DNA of 64,000 nucleotides from Centroscyllium fabricii (Eukaryota), in NCBI GenBank assembly GCA_051313645.2, contig JBNRSN020000012.1, positions 124,682,001-124,746,000 of the forward strand. Direction: 5' to 3'. The notes beneath the pieces are model-generated. The model was not told where the DNA came from. It did no database searches and saw only the letters and a program-made list of their open reading frames with translations. Position numbers and translations under genes: made by a program. The first letter of the stretch is position 1; every line of letters starts with the position of its first letter. Shown one piece after another: positions 33,601 to 45,034 of this stretch.

Positions 33601-34910
33601 CAGCCGACCGTGGTGGACAAGATGGCAGCGCTGGTGGGTCACACATGGCTGGCTGCTGGACACAAGGTGGCGGCGCCTGTGATTCGCACGCGGCGGGCCG
33701 CGATGGGCAAGATGGCGGCGCCGGGGCGTCGCACATGGCTGGCCGCTGAGGACAAGATGGCGACGCCCGGGGGTCGCACATGGCTGGCCGCTGAGGACAA
33801 GATGGCGGCGCCCGTGATTCGCACGCGGCGGACCGTGGTGGACGAGATGGCGGTGCCCGTGATTCGCACGCGGTGGACCGTGGTGGACGAGGTGGCAGCG
33901 CCCGTGGTTCACACGCAGCGGAGCGCTGGGCGAGGTGGCGGCGTTGGGGTGCCGCACATGGCCGGCCGTGGCCGCCATTGGCGTGGTGGTGCCCGTGCCG
34001 TGCGCGCGGCCGGCCTCTGCCGTACAGGGATGGGAGACAGAAGCACCTGTGATTTACCCCCGGACCGCTGCTGGGTCGCGCTGCAATAGCAGTTTACCTT
34101 GGGCCATGGGATGGCTTTGGAGCTCTCACAGGCCGCGCTGTTAGATCTGGAGCTGGGTGCTGGGGCCGATCTGCAGGCCCTGGCGTAGTGTCCCTTCTTA
34201 CTGCATCGCTTGCAGTTCACGCTCTTCGCGGGGCACTTCGCTCACGGGTCCTGTCCTTGGCCGCAGAAGTAGCATCTTCGCTCCGGCGGCGTCTTCGCAG
34301 CTGCCGCTGCCATTGTGGGGTTTTCGGCCTGTCATGGGGCCGCCCAGGGATCGAGGGTATCGTGTGGGCCTTGGCCGCCATACGCCTCTATCTTGCGGCG
34401 CGCTCTGTCCACTGCGTTGGAGATGGTGATCGCGTCCTCCTGTGACAGAGTGTCTTTTTCCAGTAACCGCTGGCGGGCCTGGTTGGACCTGATTCCAACC
34501 ACGTATGCATCCCGTTCGAGGAGATTCGTCTCCTCCTGCGCCGTTCGTGGCTGGCAGTCACAGGCCCGAGCGAGGGCTTGAAGCGCCAACAGAAATTGTT
34601 CGTTTGACTCACCGAGCCGCTGTTGTCTGGTCGCCAGGACGTGTCTGGCATAGACCGAGTGGGCCGGGCGCAAGTAGCATTCCTTTAGTTTCTTCACCGC
34701 CTCTGTGTACGTCGTGAGGCCGTGGATGAAGGAATATACTCGGCTACTGATTCTGGACGAGAGGACCTGTAGTTTGTCCCCGTCGCTCGTTGACTTTGCG
34801 GCCGTCATGTAGTTCTCGACTTGGCCGAACCAATGTTCAAAAGTGTTGGCGGCGTCTGGTTCTTGTGGATTTATATCCAACTTTTCAGGTTTCACAGCGC
34901 CGCTCTCCAT
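30650..34910 (-). pseudogene. gag-pol: Element F gag-pol, several frameshifts
   Basis: ORF pieces collinear with E and G: gag MESGAVKPEKLD, CCHC, protease, YLDN RT, RNase H, DDE integrase. Confidence 0.93.
33565..33960 (-). repeat. 45-bp coding minisatellite (about 9 units) between gag and protease of F
   Basis: CAAGATGGCGGC-like core at 33573, 33618, 33663, 33708, 33753, 33798, 33843, 33888; encodes ~15-aa APPSCP repeats. Confidence 0.9.
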
Positions 34911-34916
34911 TTCAAG

Positions 34917-34930
34917 TTAAGCTAATAAAA
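34917..34930 (-). promoter_or_regulatory. Self-complementary PBS-position sequence of element F
   Basis: Perfect 14-bp inverted repeat with 34982-34995 in the 5' LTR. Confidence 0.85.
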
Positions 34931-35304
34931 TTAACGTATCGTCAATAATACTAAAGACGAGTAGTTACCTTATCTATAGGCTTTTATTAGCTTAAAGATG
35001 GAGCTAGTCTCCAGTTGAACATCAGGCACAGAATGACTGGGGGCAGGGCAGACCTCACCTATAAGGCTCCCACCTGAGGGGAGGAGTTAGAGGTGTGGCT
35101 GACCTGGCCTTACAACAGTGAATACATCCGGCAACTATATACATCTATACACAGTGGTAATATGATTACCACAGGAAACAATAGCAAAATATGAATAGGA
35201 AAGATTAGGAGTGAACTGCAGTTGTTATACATTCTTTGCTTTATTGAGACTGCGTAAACTCAAGAGTTGCACAGAAGGTAAAGGATACTTTTCTAAAAAC
35301 CATT

Positions 35305-36064
35305 GGCCCAGAAATGTGGGTCTCTATGGGTGAGTACGCATGGGGTACTCACCCGTAGGCCCAAGGAAAGTGCCGGTCTCGTGTATACCCTGCGCATGCG
35401 CGGGAAACCGGCACTTCCGTTCCCCTGAACAAAGGGGTTCAGAGGTGGAGCACATGTGCAGGAGCAGCAGCGCGTACGCATTGCACTTATTTTTTTTTAC
35501 AGCTTTTTCATTCCAGGTAAGTCTGAATATTTTACACATGTAAAAAGCAGGCGTAAGGCCTGCTTTTAACAAGGTAAGTGGTGAATTAATTAAAATTAAA
35601 ACATTTTTTCCACAGGTTTATTCTTTTTAAATGCTTTAAAGAAAGGTAAGTTTATTTTTAGCCCCGTCAGAAAATATAATGAATTTTTTCAAAAATTAAA
35701 ATTTTTGTTTAAAATAGTTATTTCATGTAATTTATAGTTATTTTTAAAATGTGATTAAAAACAAATTATTTGAAGTTTTAGTGATGTTTTGGGGCTTATA
35801 GCATTCATAGTTTTGACAGCTCTTCCTGTCAAACTAATGAATGAAGCATTCCCTGCTCCGATTGGCTCTACATGGCCCACGTGATCTCAGGGGACGCATC
35901 AAATTAACTGCACTCCTGGGACACGCAAGCACTGTGCGCCGGCAGTTGGAGCAGGCCCAGGAATGGAATTCCACGCGGGCCCACAGCACAATGGCCGGCG
36001 CGCTAGGTAAGTGCAGGTTGGAGGCTTACAACTGCGGGAAGCCTCCGACCCGAATTTCTGGGCC
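35305..36064. mobile_element. Harbinger-like MITE with AT-rich core (copy 1)
   Basis: TIR GGCCCAGAAAT / ATTTCTGGGCC; inverted homolog at about 53250-53922. Confidence 0.75.
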
Positions 36065-36700
36065 ACTGTTTCTTATCACATAGTTAATCAAATAGTAAAG
36101 AAAATATGTTTGGTGGGATTTTTTTCCCCCTTTTCCACTTTCCTTCGCTCCTCTATTGAAGTCATTGATACCATGGTGCTGGGGTACAGTTCCAATGCCT
36201 CGGACTGTTCTCTAGCACCTCACCTGAGTGGCTGATCCTTACATGAGCGACTGTTGGTGGGTTGTTTGACTGTGAAGACATCACTGCTATGCCTGCTCTT
36301 GGTTAATTCTTCCACTTGCTAGTTCAAGGTATTGAGACCAATTGTAGTGCCCCGAGTAACAGCCCAGCTGAGACTAGCTAACTCAGCACAGGTAATAGGT
36401 TGAAACGGGACTGGTCCTGGTCTATTTGACTGAATTTCACACTCATAAGGAAATTTTGTTTCTTCCTCCGTCCCCCAACCCGAAAAATAATTTATCAAAT
36501 ATATTTTTATTATACCAACAATATTTTTGCTGAAGAGCAAAGCCAGTTAACTGCAACATTGTAAGCGAAGAAGTGTAATTAAGTGGGGTAGTATTTATAG
36601 GCTTCAGACGGTGGGGAAAGCTAACATGGATGATATTGTATGGGACAGGATTATACCTTAGAGAAGAAGGAGGAAGGGAGAGTATGATGGAAGTATTTAT

Positions 36701-37588
36701 AGAAACATAGAAACATAGAAACTAGGAGCAGGAGTAGGCCATTCGGCCCTTCGAGCCCGCTCCGCCATTCAATGAGATCACGGCTGATCATCCAAATCCA
36801 GTACCCCGCCCCTGCCCTCTCCCCATATCCCTCGATCCCTATCGAGCCTGCATCGACACATATCCCACCCTATCCCCGTAACCCCACATATTCAATCCCC
36901 CTAACACTAAGGGTCAATTTATCATGGCCAATCAACCTAACCCGCACATCTTTGGACTGTGGGAGGAAACCGGAGGAAACCCACACACGGGGGGAGGTGG
37001 TGGCGTAGTGGTTATGTCAGTAGACTAGTAAGCCAGAGGCTCAGTCAAATGCTCTGAGGATATGGGTTCAAATCCCACCACAGCAGCTGGTGGAATTTAA
37101 ATTCAGTTCAATTTAATTCTGGAATTAAATGTTAGTCTTAGTAATGGCGACCATGATACCATTGTCGATTGTTGCAAAAACCCATCTGGTTCACTAATGT
37201 CCTTAGGGAAGGAAATCTGCCGACCTTACCTGGTCTGGCCTACATGTGACTCCAGACCCACAGCAATGTGGTTGACTCTTAATGCCCTCTGAAATAGCCT
37301 AGCAAGCCACTCAGTTGTAAGCAACTGCTACGCAACATTGTGGATGTACCTACACCATATGGACTGCAGCGGTTCAAGAAGGTGGCTCACCACCATCTTC
37401 TCAAAGGCAATTAGGAATGGGCACTAAATGCAGGCCTAGCCAGCCAGCGATGCCCACATCCCATCAACGAATGAAAAACACGGGGAGAATGTGCAAACTC
37501 CACACAGATAGTACCCGAGGCTGGATTTGAACCCGGGTCTCCAGTGCTGTGAGACAACAGTGAGAACCGCTGTGCCACCGTGCCGCCC
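36701..37588 (-). mobile_element. HE1-like V-SINE, interrupted by another SINE
   Basis: tRNA-derived head with A/B boxes (37520-37588); V domain GGAGTTTGCACATTCTCCCCGTGT..GGGTTTCCTCCGG..CCCACAGTCCAAAGA; CR1-type (CTATGTTT)n tail. Confidence 0.85.
36993..37477 (+). mobile_element. tRNA-derived SINE (MER131/MetaSINE-like core) with LINE-derived tail
   Basis: A box GGTGGCGTAGTGG, B box GGTTCAAATCC; core CCCATCTGGTTCACTAATGTCC..GGGAAGGAAATCTGCC; tail shared with 52200-52330; TSD ACACGGGG. Confidence 0.82.
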
Positions 37589-37689
37589 ATCTGGTCTTAC
37601 ATTTGCTACTTGGTGGCACAGTGGTTTCACATCAAATTAATTGCTTTGTTAAGTGCAGTCATCAATATTATCTCGGTAAATAGGGCTTC

Positions 37690-37950
37690 CATTTTACAGA
37701 CAGCAAGATTCCGCAAACAACAAATGAGATGAATGGTCAGTTTTTATTTTGGTAGTGTTTGCTGAGAGAATAATTCTGGCTTTGGCACTAGGAGACCTTC
37801 TTGCTCTTTTTCAAATAATGCCATGTGGTCTTTTACATCCATGAGAACCCACATGCTGGCCTTAGTTGAATGTCTCATTCAAAGGATGGCATGTCTGAAA
37901 AAATCATCTACTAGATTATGTCCACCAATCCTGGACCCTACAACCTTCTG
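37690..37950 (-). mobile_element. Highly diverged Deu-domain SINE fragment
   Basis: CCATTTTACAGACAGCAAGATTCCGCAAACAACAAATGAGATGAATGG resembles the reverse complement of the Deu core. Confidence 0.5.
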
Positions 37951-38407
37951 ATTCAGAAGCAAGAGTGCTGAATCAAGAAAATATTTTTGGGCTGAATCTT
38001 GCCAGCGCACAGAGTGCGGGTTTGGAGGCAGGTCCACTGTCAATATAGCAAAGATTGACATCGGATAGGAAGCCTGCTGTCAACCTGCCTCCACGCGAGT
38101 CTCCCAGGTGTCGGGTCTGTCTGTGCAGAACTGACCCGACACCAAGCGGTGGGGGAGACAATTTAGATCATTAAATGGCCTGTTAAGAGCCAATTTAATG
38201 CTATTTTGAGCCTAACATGTAATTGTACGTGCTCCCCCATAGGTTACCCACTGCTCGGGGAACATGCCAGCTCACCCTGGTGTGAGTTGAGTCTGCTTTG
38301 ATTTATCTGATAACCTGAAAGCTGCAGAAGTGGTATAAAGGATACCATGTTGCAGCTGTTCAGTTTCAGATCTCAGAAACTGTTGGTTACTGCATTTGTA
38401 AGACATA

Positions 38408-39200
38408 GGGGGGGACTTTGCCGGAAGTGCGGGAACCTGGCGGGGATTGGTCTGGGTGGCTCCCTGTCCCGCCCACCCAAACACCTGGGAAGCCCACGCA
38501 ATTTTAATTTAATTGTGTTGTTAAATCCCCGCTGGCGGCAGCGGGTGGTAATTAACTCAATCTAGTCGGGCTGCAGCAGGGGCTGCGAGGAGTTTGATTG
38601 ACAGTTCCAGCACTGATTGTTGACAGTTCCCATGGAAACATTCCACTGTGACATCACAGTCGAGTGGAACCAATGGGAAAGGTCAAGTGCTGGTGACTGA
38701 CAAGTGGGTGGGTGGGCTCCGAATCCTTGACAGCTCGCACCGGCTGTGAGCAAATGTGCAAAGCTGAGATTTCTCAGTTTTTGCTCAGAGCTGGTGCAGC
38801 AACCACAGAGTAACTTACTCCTCTAAGGTGCTGGAGGCATGCCAAGCATTTGGCAGCATGTCCTTCACACCTTGAAGGAGAAAATAATAACCAGCGCTGT
38901 GCTCCTGCTGGGTTTCACCCAGCAGGGTTTAAGGTGACGGGGTTAGGGTGGGAAACAGCTCAAAATGGCTGAGGGCCCTTAACATGGCATTAAACATGCC
39001 AATTAAGGGCCCTTAATGAGGTGGCAACCCATCCCCGCCGACCGGCGGCGAGAAGGTTTCGGGGCGGGGAATCAGGGTGGGGGAAAATGATAAAGCGGCG
39101 GGGATACGGCGGGAGGTTGGGGGTCGCGACCCGCTGGTTGCGCTATTTTGCCGGCCGAGCCGCTGAAAACCCCGCCTCACGGGGACATGAAATTCCCCCC
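38408..39200. mobile_element. Harbinger-like MITE (family of 44162-44734 and 50306-51095)
   Basis: G-run/C-run termini, ATA flanks, shared core CCTTGAAGGAGAA..GGGTTTCACC. Confidence 0.7.
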
Positions 39201-39205
39201 ATATA

Positions 39206-39950
39206 GTGGGAAAAATTGGGTGGCTTGCGCCAGCCGTTAGCACCCTAAGAGGGCTGCTAATGGGGCGCAAGGCACCTGGCACCTGGGCTGACACCGCCCG
39301 TTATATTCAGCGGGGTGCTGGCGGCGGCGGCAGCCGGTATTGCCCCGTGGTGCTGCGCCGCTGGCGATGATGTCATCACCATGCGCAGTGCCTCGCTTGC
39401 ACCCTGGCCTGAAACTTCACTCGCGCCCCCTGACTTAGCGCCGGACGCTGTCACCGACAGGGTCAGGGGGACACAGTTGCAGCTGGGCCAGCGTTATTTA
39501 AAGTGGGGGGGTGGCAGGTGGCCATTTTTCTTGCTGGCCACCTGCCAGCACCTGCCCCCTCTGCCATTCCCGATGGCCCCCACCCCGCGGAGTACTGGCT
39601 GCGCTCCATGCCCCGGCACTGCCCTCGAGTGCTGGGCTCTTTTAGCGGCACTCCGATTCCCGGTGGTCCAGCGGGGCTCCAGGCTGTGCCACGCTTGGCC
39701 ACTCCTGTTTAAGAAGGGGAGGGAGGCCTGCAGTACCGCGGCGCTGCGTGCTGCAGAGCGTGGCGCAGCGACAGACAGTGGCTCGAACCTCAGCTGTTGC
39801 ACCCAAGGAACGAGGTGGGGCACCTGCAGTAGCACCCCACCTCCTAATTGGGGCGCTAAAATCCAATTTAAGGCGCAATGGCGCTAACTTTTTTGGGGTG
39901 CTAATTTCTGAGGTTAGTGCCCCAAACGGGGCGCACCTAATTTTTCCTCC
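39206..39950. mobile_element. Harbinger-like MITE related at its ends to 3592-4593
   Basis: GTGGGAAAAATTGGG / CCTAATTTTTCCTCC termini; subterminal GGGGCG/TAGCGCC motifs. Confidence 0.65.
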
Positions 39951-41369
39951 TAGATTTCTTTAGCTTGCAAGTGTTCAGATCCAACTCTCTATTTAGTGGG
40001 ATTGCACTGGAACAACCTCTCTCCCATTGACAGATCACTTCTATCATCTCACTGCAGCTGCCATCTATTCCAGCAACATCGGTGCCCTTGAAAAAATCAG
40101 ACCTTGGTCCTCTGAATCCCCCTACGATCAGCCCCAACACCAGCATCACCAGGCACACCAATATCACTAACAATATCACCAACAACATCATCAACAACAA
40201 CACTAACCTTCTGCGCTATCACCCGATGCTGCACTGAACACAGGGCATCATCCTCTGACAACATTGCTGCCCGGGAGGCCAGCGATGGTATCACCATGGC
40301 CAGATTTACTTGACACTGTACACCCTAGCTGCCACATGTTACGCCAGGTTGACACCATCCCACATCAGCACCGTAAAGCACCCCTTTAATGTCCAAGCCA
40401 TTCCATGCACACTCAGCACTTTAGCAGGGGGTGGGTGGGGTTTATGTCTGAACATTCGCTGGAACTCACTCAGCTACTTCTCAAGGTGTGCACAGATCTG
40501 TCCAAGAAGGTGAAGTCTTGAAAATATAGATTTCACTATGACAACACATTAACAGAAACTTCACATCAACATTGGCAAAACCTCTCAAGTGCCTACCCTT
40601 GGGTGTTGTTAGTTGGTATGCTTGCAGTAGGATGAGAGTGAGTATGAGGGGTAGCTAGTGAAATGGGGAAGTGATAATGTAGATAGAGAGGGATGGGTGG
40701 AGGTGCAAGGTAAGTTGGTGTGAGTAAGGATGTACAGGAGTAGGGTAGGCAGAGTGATGGGCATGTGATGAGTGGCACAGCAGGGTGAGTTTGAGTGTGG
40801 CTTTGCAGTAAGATTTTGTGATCTACTGAGATGATTGAAAGATTGGTGCCACTGCAGCCAGGGACTACTGACGATATCCCTGCTTGTGCCCTTCTGTACA
40901 ATGTGCAACCAGACTGTGTTGATCTCTTGGGAAGGGAAGAGATCTCCCTGCGGGCTGTGATTCCTGCCATGAGCTTATGGAGGGAGTCATGGAAGAGCCT
41001 GGGTGCAGACGTGCACCTTTGTGCAGTGCTTGTCAGTGTTTGCAGCACCTCAATGTTGCAGAACACTGACAGCACAACTGTCAATATCAATGTGGCTGTG
41101 GTCCCTTTAAGGAAACCGACTGATGACGCATCATCAAATGACGTCATCAGACCCGCTTCCTGTTAATTGGGCAGCTATCCCGCAGGGCTGGCTTAACAAG
41201 GCCAATCTACGGAAAATCATTTTCAGAGAGTGGATTCAGATGGGAGCGGGACCGGAACCCGCCATCCAGCTCTCCCGCCACGATCCCGCCTCCTCAGGGA
41301 AAATCCTGCCCTTATAGTCAGGATTAGGTTTATTGCTAGTTACAGGCCAATTTTGAAGAAAAACTATCT

Positions 41370-41472
41370 AAAGGAAGAACTTGCCTTTATATAGAACCTT
41401 TCACAACCTAAGGACATTATTGAGCTCTTCACAGCCAAGCAAGTACTTTTGAAGTATAGTCACTATTGTAAT
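41370..41472 (-). mobile_element. Deu-domain SINE 3' part (continues at 43350-43372 after the Rex1 insertion)
   Basis: Reverse complement of the 53030-53147 tail (AAGTACTTTTGAAGTATAGTCACTATTGTAAT|GTAAGGAAA). Confidence 0.7.
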
Positions 41473-43349
41473 TCAATTCAATTCAATTCAAGTTTTATTG
41501 TCATTGCAGAGTACTAGTACAATACAACGAGACGAAGACTCGACTCTCCCGAGAGTAGTGCAAATAAATAAATTACATGCAAATTGCATACAGTAAAGTA
41601 CATTATCAGGCGTGCAGTTCCCGGAGTTTCTTTTTAGAGTTCAGGAGGCTGACAGCCCTGGGGAAGAAGCTGTTCTGAAATCTAGGCATGCGGGTGCAAA
41701 TTGCTCTGTAGCATCTCCCGGAGGGCAGGGGGGCGAACAGACTGTGGCTGGGGTGTGTGGGGTCTTTAATAATGTTCAGAGACCTCCGTAAGCAGCGTTT
41801 GAGGTAGATGCTTTCCATTGATGGTAGCTGTGTACCGGTAATTCGTTGGGCAGTTTTGACTACCTGCTGCAGGGTTTTCCGGTCCAAGATAGTGCAATTA
41901 CCATACCAGACAGTGATGCAGCTTGTCAGTATGCTTTCTATTGTGCAGCGGTAGAAGTTGGAGAGGATGCCGGATGACAGCCTGGCTTTCTTCAGCTTCC
42001 TTAGGAAGTACAGGCGCTGTTGGGCCTTCTTAACCAGAGAGGAGGTGTTTAGTGACCAGGAGAGATCTTCCGAGATGTGGACCCCGAGGAACTTGAAGCT
42101 GGACACCCTTTCCACCTCAGCCCCTTGGATGAAGATGGGGGTGTGTCTTCTGCTTCCAGTCCTCTGGAAGTCCACTATGACCTCCTTGGTTTTCTTGGTG
42201 TTCAGTGCCAGGTTGTTGTCGGCACACCAACCCACAAGGCGCTGGATCTCATCCCTGTAGGCTGACTCGTTGTTGTTGGTGATCTGGCCAACCACCGTGG
42301 TGTCATCCGCGAACTTGATGATCGTGTTGGAGCCATGGACAGCCGCACAGTCGTGAGTGAAGAGGGAGTAGAGGAGGGGGCTCAGCACACAACCTTGTGG
42401 GGCCCCCGTGTTCAGGGTAAGGGGGGGAGGTGAGGTTGCCTAACTTCACAGACTGTGGTCTGTTGGTTAGGAAGTCCAGGGTCCAGTTGCAGAGGGAGGT
42501 GTTCAGGCCGAGGGTGAGGAGTTTGGTAGACAATTTGCTGGGGACGATGGTGTTGAATGCTGAGCTGTAGTCAATAAACAGCATTCTGATATATGTATCT
42601 TTGCTATCCAGGTGGTTTAGTGCAGAGTGAAGAGCCGTAGTGATAGCATCCTCTGTAGATCTGTTCCCACGGTAGGCGAACTGGTATTGGTCCAGGGCAG
42701 CGGGGATGCTGGCTTTGATGTGGGCCAGGACCAGCCGCTCGAAACACTTCATGATAATGGGTGTAAGTGCAACAGGGCGGTAGTCGTTCAGGCACGTCAC
42801 AGCCATTTTCTTGGGCACAGGGATGATAGTGGCGGTCTTGAAGCAGGTAGGGACAGCTGCCTTCACCAGTGACAGGTTGAAGATGTCAGTGAAGACTTCA
42901 GCCAGTTGGTCGGCACATTCTTTGAGTGCCCGGCCGGGGATGCCATCAGGACCCGCGGCCTTCCGTGCGTTCACTCTACGTAGAGCACCTCTAACGTCGG
43001 AGCAGGACAGTGTTAATGGCTGGTCTTTCGGGGATTGCAGGACTTTGGTGGCTGGCTCCTTGTTGTCCCTGTCGAAGCGAGCGTAGAAGTTGTTGAGCTC
43101 CTCTGGTAGGGAGGCATCGCCGGTCGGGGGGCTGGTGTTTCTGCACTTGTAGTCTGTGATGGACTGTATGCCTTGCCACATACGTCGAGGGTCCGAGTTG
43201 TTGTGAAAGTGTTCCTCTATCTTCAGTGTCTGGTTTTGTTTGGCATACCTGATACCCCTCTTTAGGTTGGCCCTGGCTGTGCTGTAAGCCGCCACATCCC
43301 CAGATTTGAAAGCTGTGTCACGCGCCTTCAGCAGCGAGCGGACCTCCCC
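41473..43349 (-). mobile_element. 5'-truncated Rex1/Babar LINE containing the whole RT domain
   Basis: ORFs 42303-43295 and 41606-42388 ([31 protein letters not shown]), one frameshift at a G-run near 42421; (TTGAA)n tail; TSD GTAAT. Confidence 0.95.
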
Positions 43350-44161
43350 GTAATGTAAGGAAATGGCAATTATCTCAAAATGGCTGACAATATGTCAAGC
43401 ATTAATTTATATTAACAGTACCTCTTCTTGTAACTAAATTTGAAAGTCACATTTAATGTGCATTTTGAGCATTAATAGATGTTTTATTGATTTATCATTT
43501 CATAAGTCCTAAAAAACAGTTGTTGCCACAAACAAAATATACAGTTGAAGTCCACAAATTTGAACAAAGATCCTCACAAAAGGATGTTAGGTAAAGTAAC
43601 ATTATCAGAACATCAGCCAACAGAACTGACAAAATAACACTTTTATTTTCCTCTCCTTATAGTCAAGTGTGTGTGTGCTTTAACAGTTGGGCATAGTGCT
43701 TGCTTAAAGTCCTTGATCAAAGTTGAAACCTTAGACCTTAAAGAAGGAGTCTCTTGATTACATATTCCTTTTAAAAATCAAACATTTAAAAAGAACCACA
43801 AGCAACTCCAACAAAATTTTGATTGTTCTTTTTTTGAACAGTGTAGTTATCGATATTCAGATTTAAATCACTGGAGAAACTGACTTGGGGGAATGAATAT
43901 GTCTGATAGCATTAGGGAGTAGATACCATCATTAACTTACCATGATGCTTCAGTTCAACTGTGTGCTAACCCATCCCACTCACACAGTTAGACTGAAAAA
44001 ATCAAACAGAAATAGTGGTGAGGCTTCCTCTTTAAACTCTAGTTATGGGTGTTTGACAACAGTAGGACTGAGTTGTACTTCACACGTCACTTAATCAGTT
44101 CCCAGTGATATCTCGAACATATGGGAAAACAATATACTATTAACAACAAAACCAAAACATT

Positions 44162-44734
44162 GGGGGGGATTTCCCCGAAGGTGCAGGATCCTGGTGGGGA
44201 TTGGTCGGGTCGGAAAGGTCAAGTGCTTTGACTGACAGGTGGACGGGCGGGCTGCAAATCTTTGACAGCAAGGGAGCGTCTCGCAATTGATCTGCCAAGG
44301 TAAGTTTTTTAACTGCTTTCTCCACAGCTGGTCTTCACCCAAGGGAGTCACTTACACCTCCAGGGTATTGAAGGCCTGGAAAGCATTCGGCTGTAGGTCC
44401 TTCAATACCTTGAAGGAGAAAGTGACCAAGGCCACCGTGATCCCACTGGGTTTCACCAGCGGGGTTTCAGGATGGCGGGGTTTGGGTGGGAATGGCTGGA
44501 AAAAAGGTGAGGGCCCTTAAAATGGCATGATCCAGACAAATTAAGGGCCCTCAATTACTTAAACGAGCATCCTCGCCGGCGGCGGGAGGGAAAGATTTGG
44601 GACGGCGGGATACGCCGCCTGAAACTTACAAGCTGGCGGCAATCTGGCGGGGGTGGGCGGGACCACCCAGCTCCACGATTGTCGGCCCCGCCCTGCCGGA
44701 AAGCCGCCCTCACGGACCGAGGAAAATCACACCC
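44162..44734. mobile_element. Harbinger-like MITE, internally deleted relative to 50306-51095
   Basis: Inverted homology to 50306-50830; GGGGGGGATTT / AAATCACACCC termini. Confidence 0.7.
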
Positions 44735-45012
44735 ATTGCTTTTCCCATAGGAAGGCCTGCAAGCTTAACTATGTGTGGTAAGCATGTATTTTACCACTTG
44801 TATATAATACCTGTGTACCTGTAAATATCTGTCGGCTGGGACAGCCCCACCCCTAACTCCTCCCTTCCGGTCGGAGTACATAGGTGGCTGCTGACCAGCC
44901 CCCACTCATTCTTCACCTTGACCTCACCAGAAGACCAGCTCCATTCTTAGTTAATAAAAGCCTGTAGTTTAGGTAACTACTCGTCTTTGTGTATTAATTG
45001 ACGATACGTCAA

Positions 45013-45025
45013 TTTTATTAACTAA
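45013..45025 (+). promoter_or_regulatory. Self-complementary PBS-position sequence of element G
   Basis: TTTTATTAACTAA is the reverse complement of TTAGTTAATAAAA at 44947-44959. Confidence 0.85.
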
Positions 45026-45034
45026 ATTTTGAAC

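Larger units (their letters stand above)
30332..35173 (-). mobile_element. Ty3/Gypsy LTR retrotransposon F (no tRNA PBS)
   Basis: 242-bp LTRs 30332-30573 and 34932-35173 (about 5 differences); TSD GGAAA; PPT 30574-30587. Confidence 0.97.
37989..41311. mobile_element. Decayed PIF/Harbinger-like element with two nested MITEs and a Myb/SANT-like ORF remnant
   Basis: Ends GGGCTGAATCTTGCC / GGAAAATCCTGCCC then TTA; collinear (inverted) with 103-1009 once 38408-39950 is removed; minus-strand peptide APRLFHDSLHKLMAGITARREI near 40935-41030. Confidence 0.55.

Noticed and set aside
33565-33960. Regularly spaced repeats as a CRISPR array
   Set aside because: Whole 45-bp units are similar with no unique spacers, they lie in a Gypsy coding region, there are no cas genes and the DNA is vertebrate.
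36993-37085. tRNA genes at the A/B-box sequences (also 37520-37588)
   Set aside because: They are SINE heads continuing into SINE cores and LINE tails; no complete cloverleaf seen.
39315-39887. 190-aa ORF and other 60-200 aa ORFs in GC-rich MITEs or antisense to pol genes
   Set aside because: No recognisable domains; expected by chance in GC-rich or antisense-coding sequence.
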